Position numbers and translations under genes: made by a program
Source: an uncultured Gammaproteobacteria bacterium
GTDB taxonomy: Bacteria; Patescibacteriota; Patescibacteriia; 2-01-FULL-39-33
Length of the DNA: 64,000 bases
NCBI GenBank assembly: GCA_964558935.1
Contig: CAZLFP010000001.1
Coordinates: forward strand, 83,260 to 147,259
Direction: 5' to 3'
Notes under the pieces: generated by a model
Told to the model about the DNA's origin: nothing
Database searches by the model: none
What the model saw: only the letters and a program-made list of their open reading frames with translations
In this document: positions 39,370-49,615 of the stretch, piece by piece
Position numbering within the stretch: the first letter of the stretch is position 1
How the letters are laid out: every line of letters begins with the position of its first letter

Positions 39370-42306
39370 TTAATTCTTAAAACCAACCAGATAGAAAACA
39401 TCCTGATCGAGCCGTCCACTAAATGTTACCTGGTTTGGGTTAGTTTCTAAAGTTTGAGGAAAATTAATTTGGTTGTCCCAATCAGCAGGATAAATAACTT
39501 GACTCACAAAATTATCCGGTTGACTGCCTGGCTGCTTTTGAACCGCCAAACTGTAGGAGCCATAGGCTTGAGCCGGAGACATGGCTGTGGATAATTTATC
39601 TAACCAATTTTGGTTGTCGGGTATCTCGGGTTTTGTCAGCTTAATCTGAAAAGGCAATTTATAAATGAGCAATATTTCTTGAGCTTCACCCGGCAGAATT
39701 GTCAACCAATTGGCAAAAACTGTTTTATTATTTTCTTGGTAAATTAAGGTCTCTGAATCAGCATCCATTCTAGCTTGGTACTCTGAACGCAGTAATTCGT
39801 CTAATTCATACTGGTAGCCTTCCAGTAACGCTTTGTATTCGGTTGGTTGGGGTTGGTTAAAGCCCACCGCTTTTATCAGTTGACTGCCGGCTGGCACATA
39901 GATTCTCAAATAACTGCGGTTGGGATGTGTGGTAAAATGTTCATCGGTCGGTCCGTAATGATATCTTTTAATAATTACCTGGTTTATGACCGATCCATCC
40001 GCTTGGATATTGGCCTGATGCTGGATATCTTGCTTAATGACATTATCTGTTTTACCGCCTCCGACATTTGTCGCCACCACTGATAAATAATCTTTGCTGG
40101 CATTTTTTATCTGACCGCCCCAATTATTATCTACAATGAACTTTTGCTGATCTTGGTCAGTGGCATAAATCAAAATATCTTTGGCAGATAAACCAGTGGT
40201 TATGGATTGGGTTAAATCCATAAAACGAGCCGCATCAAGAGAGAAAATTTTGTCTAACAGTTTAGGTGCCAGATCAGATAATATTTTCTTGGGTTTGGTT
40301 TTGTCTTCAGCTTCCAGTTCAATGCTTTCTTGCAACAGCTGTTCAAAATTGGCTTGAGATATTGTTTTACCCTGCTCAGGCACATTAATTGGTCCGGTCA
40401 CGGCCAAAAGTTCACCCAACCAGTCGGAATTAATAGCAATAACACCATCTACACTCGGACCGCCACTTTCCGTGTAAAACCAAGCGATTTTTTGAGCTGA
40501 AGTTGGCCAATCCGGCCACCAGTTAGCGTCTTGAAACTCCCACCGCGCATTAATGACCTGTAATGGTTTGGGCGGCAGTAAAATTTGACTCAAACCGGCT
40601 CTAACATCATAAGTACCGCCTTGCGGTAATTCAATATTGGCTATTTCACCAGATTTAATATCCACCAAAGCATAACTACCCATAAAGCCACCGGTTGCCC
40701 TGAGTTCATTGTCATTTTGAAAAACAATTAAATATCTTCTTAAATCATTATCTCCTAAAAAATCCAGAGCAAAATTGAGAGTGGCTTTCAGTTGTCGTGA
40801 ACCATCTATTAACAACGGTATTTTTTCCTGCAACACCGCAAACTCAGCCTGATTCTGCTCAGGCAAATGTTTAATGTTAATCTGATCTAAGTTAGCTTGA
40901 GCGAGTTTGGTTTCAATTAGAGCTTTATCCACTAAAGATTGGAAAGCTTTAATCTTTGCGGTTAAAGATAGATTGGATTCGGTTTGCAAATCATTAATGC
41001 CCGTTATTAAATATTGACCTGCCAAAGTGAGATGTTCTCCGGCCTCCAAAATATTCTTACCACTCTTGTAAGTATTGTCTATCGGTATACTTTCAGCTAA
41101 AACAGTGATGATGGATTTAATTTCAGTCAACTGATGGCTGGCCGAATTAAAATTGTCATTGGCTTGAGCAATGTAAGATTGAGCAGACTGGAAGTCTAAA
41201 TCAGACAGATTATTTTGTGCAAATTTGAGTTGGTTAATGGCTTGTTCCGTTTGACCTAAAACCTGTCCTCGAACTGCTTGAATATTCTGCCAATAGCTAA
41301 TCGCTTTCACTCCGAGCATGAAAAATAAGGCGATACAGGTAACGACAATAATCGGGGTATATTTTACTCCTTTGATATCCAGAGTAACTTTAGGTATGAT
41401 AATCTGCGGTAATTGAAAATCAGGTAAGTTTAAATGAATATCTGGTATTAATTTATCCAATTTAAACTGCTTGGCTTCAGCCGCTTTAATTTGTTTGAAC
41501 AGTGGACTGGGTTTGGGTTGAGCAGAGCTAACCGGTTTAACACTGAACTCCACCACTCTATCTGGAGCCAGTTTGTCTTGCAATTGCTCAGACCACTGCA
41601 AGACAGTCCAATACACCGGCATGAATGCTTTTTGAATTAGTGATCCAAGGTATATGATCAGGCTGATGTAAGAGATATCTTGCCACACAGTCGGTTTTTC
41701 TGAAAATATTTTTGTTTTTTTAATAGCCGGCAATTTAGGCGTTAAATCCACTGTACTGAAAGATTTCTTAAGACTGGAGTCAGTTTTGTCCAAACTGGAT
41801 TTTAACCATTTCAAGATTTGGCTATGTTTCAGATCCATTAGCTCCAATAAATACATTTTTTCCAAGATATCTCCAGCCGGTAAATCGGCATAGGTAACTG
41901 TCTTTTTGTCGGCCGGTTTGACTTTTTCAATAAATCTGAGCTGAGATAGATCCAGTAAATGAGGTGAGCGGTAAACATCCAACGGATCATCGGTTACATT
42001 GATCTGAAGTTGCTTGGTTTGAGCCGTTAAATCGACTAAATTCACTTCTGTTTCAGTTTCAGGATTAAATAAAATTAAATCTGACTCTGGATCGCAGATT
42101 TGTTTCACTTTAAATAAAGGATTAATTACAGATTTTTTACGACTGACTGTCTTGGGTTTGACTTGGGGCTTACCAGACACTTTACGACGAGTAACTTTTT
42201 TGGTTACTTTTTTGCGAGCAACCACCCTTTTCCGAGTTGCCTTGCGCGTCGGTTTTTTGTTAGTTACCTTTTTCCGAGTAGTTTTTTTTAACGATTTTTT
42301 TGCCAC
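39370..42306 (-). CDS. DUF4012-domain membrane protein with a Lys/Arg-rich N-terminus
   Basis: YLIVFQNDNELRATGGF; DANWWPDWPTSA; GGGKTD; YLRIYVP; QKQPG. Confidence 0.85.
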   Translation of the reverse strand: MAKKSLKKTTRKKVTNKKPTRKATRKRVVARKKVTKKVTRRKVSGKPQVKPKTVSRKKSVINPLFKVKQICDPESDLILFNPETETEVNLVDLTAQTKQLQINVTDDPLDVYRSPHLLDLSQLRFIEKVKPADKKTVTYADLPAGDILEKMYLLELMDLKHSQILKWLKSSLDKTDSSLKKSFSTVDLTPKLPAIKKTKIFSEKPTVWQDISYISLIIYLGSLIQKAFMPVYWTVLQWSEQLQDKLAPDRVVEFSVKPVSSAQPKPSPLFKQIKAAEAKQFKLDKLIPDIHLNLPDFQLPQIIIPKVTLDIKGVKYTPIIVVTCIALFFMLGVKAISYWQNIQAVRGQVLGQTEQAINQLKFAQNNLSDLDFQSAQSYIAQANDNFNSASHQLTEIKSIITVLAESIPIDNTYKSGKNILEAGEHLTLAGQYLITGINDLQTESNLSLTAKIKAFQSLVDKALIETKLAQANLDQINIKHLPEQNQAEFAVLQEKIPLLIDGSRQLKATLNFALDFLGDNDLRRYLIVFQNDNELRATGGFMGSYALVDIKSGEIANIELPQGGTYDVRAGLSQILLPPKPLQVINARWEFQDANWWPDWPTSAQKIAWFYTESGGPSVDGVIAINSDWLGELLAVTGPINVPEQGKTISQANFEQLLQESIELEAEDKTKPKKILSDLAPKLLDKIFSLDAARFMDLTQSITTGLSAKDILIYATDQDQQKFIVDNNWGGQIKNASKDYLSVVATNVGGGKTDNVIKQDIQHQANIQADGSVINQVIIKRYHYGPTDEHFTTHPNRSYLRIYVPAGSQLIKAVGFNQPQPTEYKALLEGYQYELDELLRSEYQARMDADSETLIYQENNKTVFANWLTILPGEAQEILLIYKLPFQIKLTKPEIPDNQNWLDKLSTAMSPAQAYGSYSLAVQKQPGSQPDNFVSQVIYPADWDNQINFPQTLETNPNQVTFSGRLDQDVFYLVGFKN

Positions 42307-42563
42307 CTACTAAGCTGTTAGTAAATCTTATTTTCCAATCCATGGATTCCTCGCTTTTTTTTGAGGAAGATTAATGTAAATTTGAATTAATTATAACATA
42401 AATTTGGCTTTTGAAACAAGCTTGAATCTTTGGGGATAAGTAAAGAGCGTAGCAGCTATTGCTTTGACTGCCACGCCTGGTTAGTTAAACTGCTGGAAAT
42501 CGGTCCAATGCAAAATCCGGAATTAAATGCACATATCTCCCCTGTATATGAAGTATCAACTAA

Positions 42564-43682
42564 TTAGATCGAATTATACAGTTTATGAATCTGAGTAGCC
42601 ATATTTCGCCAGGAAAAACGCTGTAAATTTGACTTGGCATGAGTTCTGAGTGTCTGTTGTAAGGCATAATCATCAAAAGTCTCAGTTATTTTGGCTACCA
42701 TCTCATCTACATTGGTGGGATCAAAGTAGATTGCGCTTTCCCCTAAAATCTCAGGCAAACAAGAAGCATTGGAACTAATAACCGGCACGCCATAAGTCTG
42801 AGCTTCAAGGGGTGGTAAGCCAAAACCTTCCAATAGGCTGGGGAAGACATAGATGGCGGCGTTTTGGTACAGACATGCTAATTTTTCATCGGGCAAATAA
42901 TCGGTTAAAACCACAGCCTTTTCTAAACCCAACTCTTGGATTTGCTGCTGCAATCGCTGGTAAAAAAAGTTAATTTTACCCACTAAAACTAATTGCAAGA
43001 GTAGGTTTGTACGCTGTATTCTGGCAAAAGCTTGAAGTAAACGCTCTAAATTCTTATGAGGATAAGCTGAACCCACATACAGCAAGTAATTCCCTTTGAG
43101 TCTAAACTGATTTAAAACAGCCTGGCATTCAGCCTGACCGGGTTGAGGCAAATCTACACCTTCATAAATAACATGGATTTTGGCGGGATTAATTCTGAGA
43201 GTGCCTGCAATATCCTGTTGAGTATATTTGGAGACGGCGATGATCGAATGAGCGCGTAAAGCAGCTATTTTAACAGTTAACCGGTATAAAAAGAGTTTAA
43301 TTTGGTACCAAAAAGGATTTAAGGTGGTGGCACGACTAGTTGGATAATGAGTGATTATCAAATCATGAATTGTGACCAAATATTTGCCAAAATATCCAAT
43401 CGGTACGTTAAAATGCGGAAAATGGACTAAATCCAACCGATATTGTTTCAATATACCGGGTAATTTGAACTGTTCCGACCAACTATACACTTGGCAATCA
43501 GCCAAAATTTTCTTAAAATTGGAATTTTTTGGTTGATATGCTTCATAATTATCTGCATTTAAAAAAATATAATACTGATTGGAACTATCTATTAATTCCA
43601 ATTCATGGATTAAATGCTGAATGTATCTGCCGATACCACCATGCTGGGTACCATATAATCTGGCATCAAGACCAATTTTCAT
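42564..43682 (-). CDS. Glycosyltransferase family 4
   Basis: MKIGLDAR; TIHDL; EGFGLPPLEA. Confidence 0.93.
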   Translation of the reverse strand: MKIGLDARLYGTQHGGIGRYIQHLIHELELIDSSNQYYIFLNADNYEAYQPKNSNFKKILADCQVYSWSEQFKLPGILKQYRLDLVHFPHFNVPIGYFGKYLVTIHDLIITHYPTSRATTLNPFWYQIKLFLYRLTVKIAALRAHSIIAVSKYTQQDIAGTLRINPAKIHVIYEGVDLPQPGQAECQAVLNQFRLKGNYLLYVGSAYPHKNLERLLQAFARIQRTNLLLQLVLVGKINFFYQRLQQQIQELGLEKAVVLTDYLPDEKLACLYQNAAIYVFPSLLEGFGLPPLEAQTYGVPVISSNASCLPEILGESAIYFDPTNVDEMVAKITETFDDYALQQTLRTHAKSNLQRFSWRNMATQIHKLYNSI

Positions 43683-43795
43683 ACCTTAATTATACCAAAT
43701 AATAGTCTAACACATATATTGACATAATAGGTCATATGTGATACAATATATTTCGTATTCCCAGAATAGTTTGGGGATAAACTGGAGGAATTGAG

Positions 43796-44392
43796 ATGCG
43801 AATATTGTTGTGTTGTGCAGTCATGCTGGTGTGTTTTAAGGCGTCAGCCACGATCGTGGCGGTTAGAAATCTGGTCGAGCTGGATAACCTTCAGCTCCTC
43901 GAAGATCAGAATTTGACCTCGCAGATTTTTGAGACCAGCCTGGGACTGGTGGAGACCAAAGGTCGTCACGACGACTACGGCGTCTCAGAAGAGTACATCT
44001 GTACTCCCAAGGGCAAATGGCTGATCGGTTTACCCATGGCCATGGCTGAATATGGTCAGGATTTTATTCATGATGTCACCATTATTGGTGAAGAGCTGTA
44101 CCTCATTGGGCTTCACTCCATTTGGAAGTATAATTCCAAATATGACAATTTTAGAGTGGTCATTGGTCCGGGAGAGCGTTGCCAATTCTGGCCGGATCTG
44201 CTGATCGGACCAGCCATCAGCAGTAGTAAGGATAAGTTCTTCATCTTCAGCAATGAAGAACTGCCCGAACTCATGGGAATCATTGAGTTTATACCCGACA
44301 AGTACGGGTGGGTACCCAGCTGTTCGGAAGATCCGGAATTCTATGCCGAGGTCTTGCAGGAATGGCTGGTACACTGGATACCTGCCAGCTGA
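43796..44392 (+). CDS. Secreted orphan protein
   Basis: Signal peptide; TTGACA-N17-TACAAT at 43719-43747; GGAGG SD; terminator at ~44400-44430; GC-richer. Confidence 0.7.
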   Translation: MRILLCCAVMLVCFKASATIVAVRNLVELDNLQLLEDQNLTSQIFETSLGLVETKGRHDDYGVSEEYICTPKGKWLIGLPMAMAEYGQDFIHDVTIIGEELYLIGLHSIWKYNSKYDNFRVVIGPGERCQFWPDLLIGPAISSSKDKFFIFSNEELPELMGIIEFIPDKYGWVPSCSEDPEFYAEVLQEWLVHWIPAS

Positions 44393-44435
44393 TTACACTA
44401 CCCGCTTTATCACGGAAGATAAGGCGGGTTTTCAT

Positions 44436-45530
44436 TTATGATAATAACTTTAACAAAGAGTGAGCAGCTGCTTCCCAGGTAAATTTATTAGCTTGTTCTT
44501 TACCCTGATCGATCAGATGCTGTTTAAGTGATTCATTCGATAAAACCGAGGTAATAGCTTGCTTTAGATCATTGATGTTATATGGATCAATTAAAATACC
44601 GGCGTTATCCACAACTTCCAACAATGAAGAATTGGCTCCAGCTATCACTGGTGTGCCACACGCCATGGCTTCTAAGGGTGGTAAACCAAAGCCCTCATAA
44701 TATGAAGGATAGACAAATATGTCTGCCAGGTTGTAAAGAGCGGCCTTATCTTCTTCTGGAACGTAACCTAAGAAACGTATCCGTTTATGATCTTTAACCA
44801 ACTTATGGAGGCATCCATTTTTCCAGCCAATGCCACCGCCAATCACTAAAGAATGCTCTAAATTTAATTGCTGGTAAGCTTGAATCATACTCACCACATT
44901 CTTTCTCGGTTCTAAATTACCCAGGTAGAGAATAAACCTGTCTGGTAACTGGTATTTATTCTTGACAAATTGAAGGTTGTCTAAAGGTTTGAAGGCCTGA
45001 CTAACTCCCGGATAAATGACATGTATTTTTGACTCGCTCAGAGATAATAGGTCCACTAAATTCTGTTTGGTATGCAGAGAATCGGCAATAATAACATCCG
45101 CTTGTTTTAAATAATTTTTAACCAATATAAGCTTGTGCCATAATCTCATTTTCCAAGAAAAAAATTCCGGATAGATAAGAAAAGACAAATCATGGACCAC
45201 CATGATTTTTCTAACTGTGTCAGATAAAGCAATGAAATGTAAATTGGGTGTAAAAAATACCTCACAACCTCCGATCAAATTATCCAGTTTGGGATAATCA
45301 ACAAGATTAATCGCCAGATTTAATACTTTATTCGGAAAATGAAAACCGATATATTCAACATTGGGATAATTGAATTCAGGTAAGGAAACTTTTTTCGAAG
45401 AATTGTAAAAGAGTCGGTATTGATTCTTTCTGTCCAATTCAAAAATAGCTCTTAATAAGTTAAGAGTATAGATACTAACACCTGAATATTGGTTGTTCAT
45501 TAAGCATCTAGCGTCTATTCCGATTCTCAT
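44436..45530 (-). CDS. Glycosyltransferase family 4
   Basis: MRIGIDAR; EPRKN; EGFGLPPLEAMACG. Confidence 0.93.
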   Translation of the reverse strand: MRIGIDARCLMNNQYSGVSIYTLNLLRAIFELDRKNQYRLFYNSSKKVSLPEFNYPNVEYIGFHFPNKVLNLAINLVDYPKLDNLIGGCEVFFTPNLHFIALSDTVRKIMVVHDLSFLIYPEFFSWKMRLWHKLILVKNYLKQADVIIADSLHTKQNLVDLLSLSESKIHVIYPGVSQAFKPLDNLQFVKNKYQLPDRFILYLGNLEPRKNVVSMIQAYQQLNLEHSLVIGGGIGWKNGCLHKLVKDHKRIRFLGYVPEEDKAALYNLADIFVYPSYYEGFGLPPLEAMACGTPVIAGANSSLLEVVDNAGILIDPYNINDLKQAITSVLSNESLKQHLIDQGKEQANKFTWEAAAHSLLKLLS

Positions 45531-46642
45531 AATTGTATGTTGGTCTGAACCGCTTGGTAGTTGTCTATTAATCTTTTGATCTTTGATTTAAAATTGGCTG
45601 TATTAAACTGTTCTGCATGCATTTTAATGTAATATGGATTGTAGTTATCTGGATGAAAACGAATCACCATATCTGCAATCTCTTCCCAGATCTGTTCGTC
45701 AAAAAACTCACCTGTTTTACCGGCAATTACTGTTTCACTGGCGCCTCCGGATCGGTAGGCAATAACCGGCCTACCAGAGGCCATGGCTTCAACGGCTGTA
45801 ATTCCAAAGTCTTCTTCCTGCGGATTGAGATAAGCGATACAATTGGCGTAAAGTTTGACTTTTTCATCATCACTGATTTTGCCTAAAAATTGAATATTCT
45901 CCCTACCTCGAGCCAATTGTTTCAAATGCTGCTCCTCTGGTCCAATGCCAAATATTTTAAGAGGCACACCCAATCTGACAAATGCTTGTACAACCAAATC
46001 CAATCTTTTGTAAGGCACTAATCTGGAACCAGCTAAATAATATGTTTTAGGTTCGTGTGAGATGTAAAATTTATCCGTTTCCACTGGTGGATAGATAACA
46101 CTGCTCTCGCGACTGTAATATTTCTTAATTCTTTGTTTTACGGTTTGTGAAATAGCCACATATTCATCTACCCTGCCTGCGGCTAATTGATCCCAGGTTC
46201 TTAATTTCCTTAAAGTCATGGGTAGAATGGATTTGATAATAGAGTTAACTTTCAGTTCACGAATATATGAATGAGTGTCAGTCCACAAGTATCTGGTCGG
46301 CGTGTAACAATAGCAGATATGCAAACTACCGGGCTTGGTAATTACACCCTTAGCAAAAGAAGAAGCGCTGGATAGAATAATGTCATAGTCCATTAAGTTG
46401 TAATTCTCGATAGCAGTTGGCATAAATGAAAGCCACCATTGATATTTCTTAACACCAAAATACGGTATTTTTTGTATAAAGGAAGTTCGGATATCTTGAC
46501 CAATAAAAAAAGGATTAGTATTTGACGCATCAAAGACTAAAGTAAAAATGGGAGCCTCCGGATAGAGTTGTTTGAATACCTTCAAAACCTTTTCCGCTCC
46601 CCCATCTTGTGCCAAATGATCATGGACTAAGGCAATTTTCAT
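45527..46642 (-). CDS. Glycosyltransferase family 4
   Basis: MKIALVHD...GGAEKV; EDFGITAVEAMASG. Confidence 0.93.
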   Translation of the reverse strand: MKIALVHDHLAQDGGAEKVLKVFKQLYPEAPIFTLVFDASNTNPFFIGQDIRTSFIQKIPYFGVKKYQWWLSFMPTAIENYNLMDYDIILSSASSFAKGVITKPGSLHICYCYTPTRYLWTDTHSYIRELKVNSIIKSILPMTLRKLRTWDQLAAGRVDEYVAISQTVKQRIKKYYSRESSVIYPPVETDKFYISHEPKTYYLAGSRLVPYKRLDLVVQAFVRLGVPLKIFGIGPEEQHLKQLARGRENIQFLGKISDDEKVKLYANCIAYLNPQEEDFGITAVEAMASGRPVIAYRSGGASETVIAGKTGEFFDEQIWEEIADMVIRFHPDNYNPYYIKMHAEQFNTANFKSKIKRLIDNYQAVQTNIQL

Positions 46643-46678
46643 GATCTTATCTTAGTCAATTTGGCTTTATTTGGCAAA

Positions 46679-48082
46679 TTATTCTGTCTTCCTTTTCTTT
46701 AAAACCGCCCAAGGTGTTTTAAAGAGTATCATCAGGTCTAATTTGAGACTCCAGTTTTCCATATACCAAGTATCCAATTTTATCTCTTCCTCAAAATCCA
46801 AATCTGAGCGACCTGACACTTGAGCCATACCGGTCATGCCCGGTTTGATCGTTAACACTTTCTTATGCTCTGTTTTATACCTTTCAACTTCTTCAATTTC
46901 ATGTGGACGAGGTCCAACCAAACTCATTTTACCGATGAGCACATTAAACAATTCCGGGAGTTCATCAATACTGTATCGTCGAATAAAACGTCCGATTGGT
47001 GTAATCCTGGGATCATTTTGAAATTTCATTAATGGCGATCCCTGTCTGAGATCGGTTTGTTGCTTAACAAATTCAGTATCAAATCTCATCTTGTGAGCGT
47101 CCTTAACCATAGATCTGAATTTAAAATAATTAAATGGTTTGCCGTACTGACCAATTCTGTAATAGCTAAAGAAAACCGGTCCGGGTGAAGTTAGCTTAAC
47201 GGCCAGAGAGGTTAGAATTAGAACTGGTGAAAGAAGAATAATAATTACCAGACTGAATATGAAATCAAATATTCTCTTATAAATCTTACCCCAACCATCT
47301 AAAGGAGTTTTATTCAATTCCACAATCGGCAAACCGGATATGGTGTTAATCTGGAAATTATGCAGTGGAAAATCAAAAATATCTGCGACAAATTTTAAAG
47401 CAATATGATTAACGTAAGAAAAATCGTTTAACCTATTTAACTGAGAGGTGCTTAAATTCGGATTAACAACCAATATTTCATCAAATTTGTCTTGTTGTAT
47501 CATTTTGACCAATTGGGCTTCAATTTCTTTACTAAAATCTGGCACTGACTTCTCAACTCGGTAACCAGCTTTAGGATTGTTCTTAAAAATAGCGTTAGCT
47601 TCTTGAGTCAAAGCATTATCTCCAATAATTACCAATCTGTGAACACCTATACCGTAATTATACAAATGGCTTTGCAGCCATCGGACCAGACTTCTGCCAA
47701 TGATCACAAAAATAATGCTGAATAACCAGCCGGCAATGATAATAAATCTGGAGTCAAACAAGGAACGACTGAAGAAAAAAATGAACATTAAGGTCATAAC
47801 GGCTGTAGAACAACCCAGAACAATCTTACCCAGTTCATCGACCGCTCTTCGGGTGCCGGTCATGTTATACAAACCGGCTAAAGCAAAAGTAATAACCCAA
47901 ATAAAAGCAATGGGCCACAACACCTGCCAAAACTCAATCAATCTTAAATCAAAAATAATGGGACGAATATCCCGTATGGGCTGTAAATATCTAATTGAAT
48001 AAGCGGCTAAACCAGCTAGGATAACCATCAGATAATCCAATGGCACCAAACTAGCTGAAATAGCTAACTCAGATCTTTTCAT
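46679..48082 (-). CDS. Polyprenyl glycosylphosphotransferase (WcaJ/CpsE-like sugar transferase)
   Basis: KRIFD; KFRSM; DPRIT; DELP; MSLVGPRP; KPGMTG. Confidence 0.93.
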   Translation of the reverse strand: MKRSELAISASLVPLDYLMVILAGLAAYSIRYLQPIRDIRPIIFDLRLIEFWQVLWPIAFIWVITFALAGLYNMTGTRRAVDELGKIVLGCSTAVMTLMFIFFFSRSLFDSRFIIIAGWLFSIIFVIIGRSLVRWLQSHLYNYGIGVHRLVIIGDNALTQEANAIFKNNPKAGYRVEKSVPDFSKEIEAQLVKMIQQDKFDEILVVNPNLSTSQLNRLNDFSYVNHIALKFVADIFDFPLHNFQINTISGLPIVELNKTPLDGWGKIYKRIFDFIFSLVIIILLSPVLILTSLAVKLTSPGPVFFSYYRIGQYGKPFNYFKFRSMVKDAHKMRFDTEFVKQQTDLRQGSPLMKFQNDPRITPIGRFIRRYSIDELPELFNVLIGKMSLVGPRPHEIEEVERYKTEHKKVLTIKPGMTGMAQVSGRSDLDFEEEIKLDTWYMENWSLKLDLMILFKTPWAVLKKRKTE

Positions 48083-48107
48083 ATCTATATTTTATCATTA
48101 TCTAATA

Positions 48108-48450
48108 GAAAAAGCGACCGTACACGGACGATCGCTTAGAAACTTGTGAGAGGAGGATGCCTTAAATTTGTTAATCCGCGACATGGATATATCACGGATT
48201 ATCAACTGATATGTCGATCATACCTGAGTGCATCTCATTAGCCTGAGAAGGCCGCCCGCAACCCGGCGTCAGCTGTTCATTCTTCCCCAGGAAAGTCAGG
48301 AAGCGAACTCATCACCAATCCATGTCTTAGTCAGGCACGGCTCTAAATCTTGGTTCACGCAACTCCTAGGCGTCTTCCTGTGCCTAAGTGGCACGCCTGT
48401 AAGCTGTACGCAACCTTGATTTCCTCCTCTCATCAACCTCTCAGCTGATA
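48108..48450 (-). ncRNA. Unidentified structured RNA A (~300-340 nt)
   Basis: Promoter TTGACA-N17-TACAAT (48484-48456); 11-bp end-to-end stem 48422-48432/48147-48157; internal hairpins; terminator at 48112-48137; no convincing ORF. Confidence 0.55.
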
Positions 48451-48527
48451 GCCACATTGTATCATAGATTCATATATATGTCAAGAATATTGCTCGTATA
48501 TTCCTAGATAAATGTCTAAATTTAAAT

Positions 48528-48720
48528 AAAAAAAGAGCCGCCAGCTTGACTCTTTGCCTTATCTTACCTCCAGACCATCATACGGTGACAGTCTGAGTGA
48601 TCCCAAAATGCTTTCTCAAAAGCTTCGGTTCTGCTGGCGGCTGAAAAGCCCTAAGAGTGATGGCAGCAACTGACGACGGATCAGTTGCCGAGCTCGTGCT
48701 TGTCTCACACCTTAAAGCTG
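48528..48720 (-). ncRNA. Unidentified structured RNA B (~190 nt)
   Basis: Extended -10 TGcTATACT (~48734-48726); hairpins at 48666-48688 and 48571-48595; 10-bp stem 48633-48642/48536-48545 followed closely by a U tract. Confidence 0.55.
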
Positions 48721-48795
48721 TTATTAGTATAGCATATTAATTATTATTCTTACAGCCATATTGACAAAACAGTTCCAATATGATAGTATAATAAA

Positions 48796-49186
48796 TGTTC
48801 AAACCGGCCGGATGACTGCTTTATTCTAAATAAAGAGGAAAGTCCGAACACCTCCTGAGTTATCGGGAAAGCGGTAGTGGGTAACGCCCACCCTTTAACT
48901 TGTAAAAGTTAAAGAGGACCAGTTCCACAGAGACAATACTAATCTGTTCAACCTGAATGGATGAAAGGTGAAAAGTGTTAAGGTGTTATAGTTTAAACTT
49001 GGGATATCCTTTTAAACTACAGCTACTTAACTCAGCCTCTGGTGACAGAAGGCTAGTGGTAAACTCTACCTGGTGCAACCCCAAATATAGTCGGGGGCTT
49101 GAATCTAACAGCAATGTTAGATCTAGATAGATGGTCATCCTTCACTCTAGTGAAGACAGAATTCGGCTTACAAGCTGGTTTGGATA
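48796..49186 (+). ncRNA. rnpB: RNase P RNA
   Basis: GAGGAAAGTCC; CCACAGA; GGTAAAC; ACAGAATTCGGCTTA; P1 pairing of the ends; TTGACA promoter at 48761. Confidence 0.95.
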
Positions 49187-49216
49187 TAATAAAACACGGA
49201 TTTACTCCGTGTTTTT

Positions 49217-49615
49217 TTATTTTTTTTCATCTATGGCTTGGTTGACCAAACTGTCTGCTTCCTTGTTCTCTGACCGATATACATGTTGAAAAGTAATTTT
49301 CTTAAACTGCTGTGACAGATTGAATATTTTGACAAACCAAGGAGCCAAATCCGGATTTTTAACCTTGTATTCTCTATTCAATTGCTTAACTACCAATTCA
49401 GAGTCCAAATAACAGTCAATTTCCTCCACTTGGGCTTTTAAAGCCTCTTGCAAACCCAGCAGTAGAGCTTGGTATTCTGCTTGGTTATTGGTGGTTTCTC
49501 CGATGTATTGTTTGAACATTTTTTTCTGGCCTTGTATGTTCAAAACCGCTCCGATGCCGGCTGGACCCGGATTACCCCTAGCTCCCCCATCGGTGTGTAA
49601 AACAGCTTTAAGCAT
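49217..49615 (-). CDS. rnhA: Ribonuclease HI
   Basis: TDGGARGNPG; TNNQAEY; DSELVV; NKEAD. Confidence 0.93.
   Translation of the reverse strand: MLKAVLHTDGGARGNPGPAGIGAVLNIQGQKKMFKQYIGETTNNQAEYQALLLGLQEALKAQVEEIDCYLDSELVVKQLNREYKVKNPDLAPWFVKIFNLSQQFKKITFQHVYRSENKEADSLVNQAIDEKK

Noticed and set aside
42480-42540. 15-aa GTG micro-ORF with a GGGGAG SD and a downstream hairpin
   Set aside because: Too short and no clear promoter; mentioned only as a possible extra cassette
48228-48419. 63-aa + strand ORF
   Set aside because: No supporting SD or promoter; promoter, terminator and G-U pairing all favour a minus-strand RNA
48108-48720. tmRNA, SRP RNA, SAM-I riboswitch or hammerhead identity for the two RNAs
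   Set aside because: No tRNA-like ends, no SRP domain IV consensus, and only partial look-alike words (CGGCAAC, TGATGAG) without the rest of the consensus
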